Shown: one piece after another, positions 56,736 through 64,000 of the stretch | Layout of the letters: each line of letters opens with the position of its first letter | Numbering within the stretch: position 1 is the first letter of the stretch | Assembly: GCA_963558655.1 (NCBI GenBank) | Contig: CAUWHJ010000008.1 | Span: 3,688-67,687, forward strand | DNA: 64,000 nucleotides | Source: an uncultured Peptococcaceae bacterium | Lineage (GTDB): Bacteria > Bacillota > Peptococcia > Peptococcales > Peptococcaceae | Direction: 5' to 3' | Translations under genes and position numbers: made by a program | The notes under the pieces: model-generated | What the model was told of the DNA's origin: nothing | What the model saw: the letters and a program-made list of their open reading frames with translations, nothing else | The model's database searches: none

Positions 56736-58207
56736 TTGTGGCTACCGGTCTTGGGACCAAGCTATCATGGAGCTATGTGCTGATTAGCCTGATTTCCGTG
56801 TTCATCATGGGCGGGCTTTTCTGTTTTGCGCTCTTTCAGTACTATATTTCCGGTATTGAACAAACGTTAGTCAACAATGCGGGCGCCAGTGCTTCTATGG
56901 TTGACCGCTATGCACCGGCTGGCGATATCGACGACAAGTTGCAGTTCATTTTTGAGAACTTTGACAGCCAGGAAAAAGCATTGATTGAAGTATATGACAC
57001 CAACGGCGATTTTCTTATCAATAACATTGGCGAAACAGAAAATGGTGCCACAGAATTGACAGAGGATTATGATGCGGCTGTTGCGGGTGAAATTGATTCA
57101 TGGCGTGGCCGTACAAATACCAATGAATCCATCATGTCTGTTTCGGTACCTGTTTACGATGGCAAAAAAGTGGTCGGCGTTTTGCGTTATGTGTCCAGCT
57201 TGTCGATGGTGTATACGCTGCTTAAATCCAATTTCCTTGCCGTTTTTTCAATCGGCATTATCATATTGGGGGCTGCTGCCATTATTGGTCGCCTGATGAG
57301 CGGATTGATTTTGAAACCGATTCGCAACCTCATTCGTGTTACTCAGGAAATCTCTAAAGGAAACCTGAACGCCAAAGCAACGGTGTATAACAACGATGAA
57401 ATTGGACAGTTGTCTCGTGCTATTAACCGTATGACAGACGAGATTGCCTTGTCAACAAAGACAAAGAACGATTTTATTTCCAGCATTTCTCATGAATTGC
57501 GTACACCGCTGACCTCTATCAATGGCTGGGCGGAAACCATCGAAGATTCGCCGGACGATGTGGAAACCACCCGCATGGGTATGGAAATCATCTCGCGCGA
57601 AACCAAACGAATGATACGCCTTGTCAACGACCTTCTGGATTTTTCCAAGCTGCAAGCACACCGCATTGAGTTGGAAAAAGAAAGCGTTTGGATGAACGGC
57701 TTTTTGGAAAGCCTGTATAATCAGTTTTTACCCCGCGCCAGCCAGGAAGACATTGCACTGCGTTTGCATTTGAGCAATACCGATGTGATGGTCATGGCAG
57801 ATGAAAACAGACTGAGCCAGGTGTTTATCAACATCATGGACAATGCGTTCAAATTTGTTAAAGGCCGTGCTTATCCGGAAATCGTTATTCAGTCGCATAT
57901 GTTGGACGATCAAATTGTGGTGACGGTTGAGGACAATGGGCCGGGGATGTCCAGCGAAGAACTTTTGCGTGTCAAAGAAAAGTTCTACAAAGGCTCCAGC
58001 AAGCAGAGCGGCACGGGGCTTGGTCTTTCCATTGCCAACGAAATCATCGCACTGCACGATGGCACCTTCTACATTGACAGCATTCGTGGCGTTGGCACGA
58101 AAGTGTCGGTGGTTTTGCCGTTTGAAGATTCCACCACCGATGAAGAAGACATTAACTTGCAAAGTCATCAGGAACTGGATGCGGAAACGTCTGAACAAGA
58201 ATCATAA
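56732..58207 (+). CDS. Sensor histidine kinase (2 TM, extracytoplasmic domain, HAMP, HisKA, HATPase_c)
   Basis: H-box SHELRTPLT, N-box, DNGPGM, GTGLGLSI. Overlaps the response-regulator stop. Confidence 0.9.
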   Translation: MIVATGLGTKLSWSYVLISLISVFIMGGLFCFALFQYYISGIEQTLVNNAGASASMVDRYAPAGDIDDKLQFIFENFDSQEKALIEVYDTNGDFLINNIGETENGATELTEDYDAAVAGEIDSWRGRTNTNESIMSVSVPVYDGKKVVGVLRYVSSLSMVYTLLKSNFLAVFSIGIIILGAAAIIGRLMSGLILKPIRNLIRVTQEISKGNLNAKATVYNNDEIGQLSRAINRMTDEIALSTKTKNDFISSISHELRTPLTSINGWAETIEDSPDDVETTRMGMEIISRETKRMIRLVNDLLDFSKLQAHRIELEKESVWMNGFLESLYNQFLPRASQEDIALRLHLSNTDVMVMADENRLSQVFINIMDNAFKFVKGRAYPEIVIQSHMLDDQIVVTVEDNGPGMSSEELLRVKEKFYKGSSKQSGTGLGLSIANEIIALHDGTFYIDSIRGVGTKVSVVLPFEDSTTDEEDINLQSHQELDAETSEQES

Positions 58208-58223
58208 AACTAAACTGTGCTTG

Positions 58224-58259
58224 AACACCTCTTTGGCTTTTACCAAAGAGGTGTTTTTC
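58224..58259 (+). terminator. Intrinsic terminator after the kinase gene
   Basis: aacacctctttgg-ctttta-ccaaagaggtgtt followed by tttt. Confidence 0.9.
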
Positions 58260-58586
58260 TATGGGGAAAATCGTTAGAAAGATGAGTGGGAACCGAGCGA
58301 TAAATAGACTTTATTGATACAGAAAAGCGTGCTTGAAAACTGTTGTTTGACAGAAAGAAAGTAGTAGTTTAGGTGTGGTGCTTGCGAAAAATAAAAGAAT
58401 AGAGAAGAAAATCTGTGCTTTAAGCTGTATATGCGTATAAAATGCCGCTGAATAGACTGTGTTTTAGTGCAAAAAGAGAGAAAGTTAAGAACGTGCATTA
58501 GCATTGGTTATTGATCCATTAGAAAAAGTGTATTACAACAGATAAAAAAAATAAGTTCTGTTATAGCACAAAATTGCCTTTTAGGG

Positions 58587-58614
58587 TTGAATTATCCGAA
58601 AATATCGCTATAAT
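58587..58614 (+). promoter_or_regulatory. Sigma-70-type promoter of the ilv operon
   Basis: TTGAAT (58587-58592), 16-nt spacer, TATAAT (58609-58614). Confidence 0.55.
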
Positions 58615-58679
58615 AGAGATAACGAAAGTGATTCCGCAAGCATTGTTATAAAGGTTAAGAAAAGAAGGTGTGCATAGAC

Positions 58680-60365
58680 GTGATTGGAGCAGATGTTTTA
58701 TTAAAATGTCTTGAAAAGCAAGGCGTTGATTTGGTTTTTGGGTTGCCGGGGGGCGCAGTGATTCCGCTGTATGATCGCCTGAAGCATTTTAGTGTGAAAC
58801 ACATTTTGATGCGTCACGAACAAGGGGCGGTTCATGCTGCCGATGGTTATGCGCGCGCAACAGGCAAAGTTGGCGTTTGTTTTGCAACGAGCGGTCCTGG
58901 TGCTGCCAATATGATGACAGGTTTGGGCACGGCGTCGATGGACTCCATTCCTTTGGTGATGATTAGTGGTCAGGTGGCCAGCTCTTTGCTTGGCAAGGAC
59001 AGCTTCCAGGAAGCGTATGTGACAGGTATGGCAGATGCAGTAACAAAAGCCAGCGTGATGATTACAGATGCCAGCCAGATTCCGCAGGTGATTGCAGATG
59101 CGTTTTATATTGCGGCCAGTGGTCGTCCAGGACCGGTGTTGGTGGATATTCCAAAAGACCTTTTCACGCAGGATGTGAAAGATCCTGATTTAGATGCAGA
59201 GCCAACCGAACGCTACAAAAGAAAACTGAGAAATCCGGTCATCACGCGTGACCAAACACGTAAAGTGGCACATATGTTGATGGAAGCAGAACGTCCGCTG
59301 ATTATTGTTGGCGGCGGTGTCAATACAACAGAAGCTGTGCAGAAAAACATTCTGACGGTGGTTGATAATCTCGATGTGCCTATTTGCCAAACCTTGATGG
59401 CCAATGGTGTCATTCCTGGCGACCACAAGAATTTTGTAGGCATGGTGGGGATGCACGGCACCACCGATGGCAACTATGCCATTCAGCATTGCGATTTGCT
59501 GCTGGCAGTGGGAATGCGTTTTGATGACCGTGTTACCAGCGATACAAGCCGTTTCTCCAAGAACTCTAAGAAAATTCATGTTGACATTGACTCGTCGGAA
59601 ATAGGCAAGAATGTGTCGGTGGATTTTCCTATCGTTGGTGATGCAGGTGAATTTTTTGAACAGCTTGCACACGAAGCCGCCAATGAGTATGTAGAACATA
59701 CTGCGTGGCGGCAGGAGATTGAAGCTCACTATCGGGCTTTGCGCCAGGGTGATCCGGATACGTTGCCACCAATGGAATTATGTGATGTCATCAATGCTGA
59801 GCTTGATGAAAATACGATTGTTGTTACCGATGTTGGGCAGCATCAGATGTGGTCGGCGCTGTTTCTGCATCCAAAAGGCCCTCGTCATTTTTTAACTTCA
59901 GGCGGTTTAGGCACAATGGGTTATGGGCTGCCTGCGGCGATTGGTGCACAGTTTGGCGAAAAAGACAAACGTGTTGTTTTGATTACTGGCGATGGCAGTT
60001 TTCAGATGAACGAGCAGGAACTCTGTATTGTTAAAGAATTTTCTGTTCCGCTGAAGATTGTGATGTTTAACAATGGCTATCTTGGCATGGTGCGCCAGTG
60101 GCAGGAAATGTTTAACGATGCCAATTATGCGGCAACACCACTTGAAGTTGGGCCAAATTGGGAAAAACTGATGGATGCGTATGATATTCCATACGATCAC
60201 ATTGATACCCTGAATGAAGCGAAGCAACGGCTTCCAGAATTGCTGCGTAAAGAAGGGCCAATGTTTATTGAATGTAAAATCAATAGATTGTCCAATGTTT
60301 ATCCAATGATTCCAGCAGGTTGCTCGTTAGATGAAATAGTGGGGGAATTTGAAGATGAAGCATAA
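58680..60365 (+). CDS. ilvB: Acetolactate synthase large (catalytic) subunit
   Basis: N-terminus (M)IGADVLLKCLEKQGV and ThDP motif GDGSFQMN. GTG 58680 lies behind aagaaggtg (the track ORF starts at GTG 58668). Confidence 0.9.
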   Translation: MIGADVLLKCLEKQGVDLVFGLPGGAVIPLYDRLKHFSVKHILMRHEQGAVHAADGYARATGKVGVCFATSGPGAANMMTGLGTASMDSIPLVMISGQVASSLLGKDSFQEAYVTGMADAVTKASVMITDASQIPQVIADAFYIAASGRPGPVLVDIPKDLFTQDVKDPDLDAEPTERYKRKLRNPVITRDQTRKVAHMLMEAERPLIIVGGGVNTTEAVQKNILTVVDNLDVPICQTLMANGVIPGDHKNFVGMVGMHGTTDGNYAIQHCDLLLAVGMRFDDRVTSDTSRFSKNSKKIHVDIDSSEIGKNVSVDFPIVGDAGEFFEQLAHEAANEYVEHTAWRQEIEAHYRALRQGDPDTLPPMELCDVINAELDENTIVVTDVGQHQMWSALFLHPKGPRHFLTSGGLGTMGYGLPAAIGAQFGEKDKRVVLITGDGSFQMNEQELCIVKEFSVPLKIVMFNNGYLGMVRQWQEMFNDANYAATPLEVGPNWEKLMDAYDIPYDHIDTLNEAKQRLPELLRKEGPMFIECKINRLSNVYPMIPAGCSLDEIVGEFEDEA

Positions 60366-60840
60366 ATTAGCAGTAACCGTAGAAAACACCCCTGGTGTTT
60401 TATCGCGTGTTTCCGGTCTTTTTTCCAGACGTGGCTATAACATTGATAGCCTTGTCGTCAGCGACACTGAAGACCCGAGTGTTTCGCGCATGACCATTGT
60501 GGTCGATGGTGATGAGGTGACCATCGAGCAAGTCACCAAGCAGCTTCATAAGCTCATTGATGTCATCAAGGTCAACGACATTACCCGTGAAGACATTGTT
60601 GAACGTCAGCTTCTGATGGTGCGTGTGTCCTGCGATCACGAAACACGCGGAGAAATTAAAACGTTGATGGATATTTTTCATGCACGCATCATTGATGTTG
60701 GGCGCCGCTCCATGATTATTGAAGCGACAGGTGATGATGATAAAATTGAAGCCATCATTAAAACCCTGCGTCCGTTTGGTGTGCAGGAAATTGTTAAAAC
60801 AGGGATTAGCGCCATGGTACGCAGTCCTAAGGAAAAATAA
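60349..60840 (+). CDS. ilvN: Acetolactate synthase small (regulatory) subunit
   Basis: ACT domain LAVTVENTPGVLSRVSGLFSRRGYNIDSL. Overlaps the ilvB 3' end. Confidence 0.9.
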   Translation: MKMKHKLAVTVENTPGVLSRVSGLFSRRGYNIDSLVVSDTEDPSVSRMTIVVDGDEVTIEQVTKQLHKLIDVIKVNDITREDIVERQLLMVRVSCDHETRGEIKTLMDIFHARIIDVGRRSMIIEATGDDDKIEAIIKTLRPFGVQEIVKTGISAMVRSPKEK

Positions 60841-60860
60841 TTGTCCGATATAGTCGGTAA

Positions 60861-61901
<1,041 letters not shown>

Positions 61902-61963
61902 TAACAGATCTCTGACAGGAGCGCAGGTCGCTCTGGGCTAATGAAGTAAGGAAGGTGTAGCTA

Positions 61964-63613
61964 TTGAACGGCGCGGAGATTTTAGTGCAAGCATTGCGCG
62001 ACGAAGGCGTAACCGATATTTTTGGCTATCCGGGTGGCGCCTTATTGGAAATATTTGACGCTCTGGACAAGAGTCCAATCAACAACATTCTTGTTCGTCA
62101 GGAGCAGGGAGCCGTGCATGAAGCGAGCGGCTACGCACGGGCAAAGCACACCGTCGGTGTTTGTATCGCCACAAGTGGGCCGGGGGCGACCAACATGGTA
62201 ACGGGCATTGCCACTGCCTATATGGACTCTATTCCGGTGGTTGCCATTACCGGTCAGGTTGCCAAGCATTTGATTGGAACAGATGCGTTTCAGGAAACGG
62301 ATATTACCGGCATTACCACGCCTATTACCAAGCACAACATTCTTGTGCAAAATGCCGAAGACTTACCGCGCATTGTGGCGGAAGCGTTTTACATTGCTAA
62401 GGCAGGGCGCCCTGGTCCTGTGCTGATTGATATTCCACGCGATGTGTCTCAACAGCAGGTGGCTGTCTACGAGCCGTGGAGACAGGTGGATATTCGCAGC
62501 TACAAGCCAACGATTTATGGGCATACAGGCATGATTAAACGTGCTGCCAAGACGATTGCCGAAGCAGAACGGTTGGCCATCATTGTTGGCGGCGGTGTTA
62601 ATACGTCTGGTGCAAGCAAAGAAGTGCTGGCATTGGCAGAAAAGAAAAATTGCCCTGTTGTGTGCACTATGATGGGATTGGGGGCTGTACCAGCTAGCTC
62701 GCCGTATGTGGTTGGTATGCTTGGCACCTATGGCAATCAGGAAGCTAATGATTTGGTGCGTGATGCCGATGTTCTTCTTGCCATAGGCACACGTTTTGAT
62801 GACCGCATCATCAATGCACCAAACCTTTTTGCACCGCACAGTTTCATTATTCATGTGGATGTTGATCCGGCGGAAATTGGCAAAAATATTCAGCCTGACA
62901 TTCCGATTGTTGGCGATGCCAAACAGGTGATGATACAGTTGGAAGAAGCCATGCAGCGTAAAGACGCTCAGATGGTCAACTGTCATTATCTGGAACGGGC
63001 AAAAGGGGCACCTGTGCCTGACCGCATTGTTCCGAAAGTGTTGCGTGCACTGAGTGACATTGTTGATCTTGAGCATACCATTTTTACAACGGACGTTGGT
63101 CAGCATCAGGTTTGGGCAGCCAACTATCTGCAATGCGAGGTGCCGCATCAGTTTATATCATCTTGCGGCCTTGGCACAATGGGATACGGTATTCCTGCCG
63201 CTGTCGGCGCACAGGTAGCTTGTCCGGAGGCGACGGTTGTTGCCATTACTGGTGATGGCAGCTTCCAAATGGGTATGTATGAACTGGGCACCATCATGGA
63301 GCAAAAGCTGCCGGTGAAGGTTCTTTTGTTTAACAACCAAACATTGGGCATGGTGCGGCAGCTCCAGTATCATTATGTTGGTCAACGTTATTCTAATGTA
63401 TTGTTTCAATGTGATATTGATTTCTCAAAGATTTTTGAAGCGTATGGTTTCAACACTTATCGTATTGAATCGGAAGAGGAGATCAAAGCGGTTTTACAGA
63501 AAGCGCTTGCCGATCCTGCCTGCTGTCTGATAGAATGTCGTGTGCCGATGCCGGATAATTGTTCGCCAATTACGCTCGGTGGGGCGGACATTAACGATAT
63601 GATTACCTGTTGA
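61964..63613 (+). CDS. Second acetolactate-synthase-type ThDP enzyme (large-subunit paralogue, no adjacent small subunit)
   Basis: TTG start 6 nt behind gaaggtg. NGAEILVQALRDEGV N-terminus. GDGSFQMG ThDP motif. Confidence 0.85.
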   Translation: MNGAEILVQALRDEGVTDIFGYPGGALLEIFDALDKSPINNILVRQEQGAVHEASGYARAKHTVGVCIATSGPGATNMVTGIATAYMDSIPVVAITGQVAKHLIGTDAFQETDITGITTPITKHNILVQNAEDLPRIVAEAFYIAKAGRPGPVLIDIPRDVSQQQVAVYEPWRQVDIRSYKPTIYGHTGMIKRAAKTIAEAERLAIIVGGGVNTSGASKEVLALAEKKNCPVVCTMMGLGAVPASSPYVVGMLGTYGNQEANDLVRDADVLLAIGTRFDDRIINAPNLFAPHSFIIHVDVDPAEIGKNIQPDIPIVGDAKQVMIQLEEAMQRKDAQMVNCHYLERAKGAPVPDRIVPKVLRALSDIVDLEHTIFTTDVGQHQVWAANYLQCEVPHQFISSCGLGTMGYGIPAAVGAQVACPEATVVAITGDGSFQMGMYELGTIMEQKLPVKVLLFNNQTLGMVRQLQYHYVGQRYSNVLFQCDIDFSKIFEAYGFNTYRIESEEEIKAVLQKALADPACCLIECRVPMPDNCSPITLGGADINDMITC

Positions 63614-63625
63614 TCTAAAGACGCA

Positions 63626-63652
63626 CTGCAGCACGAAAGTGCTGCAGTTTTT
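63626..63652 (+). terminator. Intrinsic terminator of the ilv operon
   Basis: ctgcagcac-gaaa-gtgctgcag followed by ttttt. Confidence 0.9.
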
Positions 63653-63718
63653 GTATGTGGAAAATTTTACAGAACATTTCAGCAAAATCGAGAGAGAACA
63701 TTTCTTGAAAAAGTCCTC

Positions 63719-63747
63719 TTGACAAGGACGCGAATGTTCGCTAATAT
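63719..63747 (+). promoter_or_regulatory. Sigma-70-type promoter
   Basis: TTGACA (63719-63724), 17-nt spacer, TAATAT (63742-63747). Confidence 0.6.
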
Positions 63748-63799
63748 CCTTTAGTAGCGGATAAAAATCCGCGAAGAATAGACGAAAGGATGGGGCACC

Positions 63800-64000
63800 A
63801 TGAAAGATAATGCGGTGTATAAACGCTACATTGTTGACGAACGTATTTTGCCTGAAGTGATTTTGAAAACAGCTCAGACGAAAGAACTGTTGGCGAAACA
63901 GCCGGGGTTGACAATCAATGAAGCAGTGAAGCAAGTTGGACTTAGTCGTAGTGCCTTTTACAAATACCGAGATGGCATCTTCCCGTTTTATGAAGCGGTG
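63800..64000 (+). CDS. pheB: UPF0735 ACT-domain protein (PheB-like), 3' end outside the window
   Basis: ATG 63800 lies behind aaaggatgggg. It translates [67 protein letters not shown], which matches the PheB N-terminal pattern (...[15 protein letters not shown]). It is absent from the ORF track because it runs off the window. Confidence 0.65.
   Translation, partial: MKDNAVYKRYIVDERILPEVILKTAQTKELLAKQPGLTINEAVKQVGLSRSAFYKYRDGIFPFYEAV

Noticed and set aside
58371-58386. T-box-like string aggtgtggtgcttgcg in the ilv upstream region.
   Set aside because: It is only a loose match to the AGGGTGGTACCGCG core. No specifier-loop or terminator/antiterminator helices follow it, and it lies upstream of the best promoter candidate.
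58274-58504. 76-aa minus-strand ORF in the AT-rich ilv upstream region.
   Set aside because: It has no RBS and a low-complexity F/S/L-rich product. It is typical of a chance ORF in AT-rich DNA.

Overview
This looks like a chromosomal segment of a Bacillota (Firmicutes) genome with about 50-55% GC by eye. I found no rRNA, tRNA, CRISPR array, transposase or integrase. The core genes, left to right, are: prfA-prmC plus an MFS pump; a HAD phosphatase / radical-SAM / EcsC-like / 2-hydroxyacid dehydrogenase cluster; a long dcw cluster (mraZ-rsmH-ftsL-PBP-murF-mraY-murD-ftsW-murG-murC-ftsQ-ftsZ) that lacks murE and ftsA; uvrC; ctsR-mcsA-clpC without mcsB; an M20 amidohydrolase; uppP; cydABDC; pgeF; trmK-nif3; an NMT1-type ABC importer; a lipoprotein with a two-component system; and an ilvB-ilvN-ilvC operon carrying a second ALS large-subunit gene. 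Three AT-rich accessory segments (about 35% GC by eye) interrupt this backbone. Segment 1 (1-3.4 kb) holds an IT-superfamily permease and a tightly coupled trio of a Zn-ribbon protein, an orphan YlmA/ModF-type ABC ATPase and an unknown protein. Segment 2 (28.0-28.8 kb) holds a single histidine-phosphatase gene. Segment 3 (35.1-40.1 kb) holds an NPP-type phosphodiesterase, a paralogous permease and a LysR regulator. The strongest sequence-level observation is that segments 2 and 3 each sit at a convergent-gene junction and are each bracketed by a direct duplication of the 3' end of the adjacent host gene. In segment 3 the duplication has a 44-nt perfect core. This is an att-like architecture with no recombinase gene inside. 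Other points worth a second look are the orphan-ABC trio, the radical-SAM/EcsC/dehydrogenase operon, a probable frameshift in the ftsQ tail, triple CtsR operators, and a promoter-plus-hairpin leader in front of prfA.
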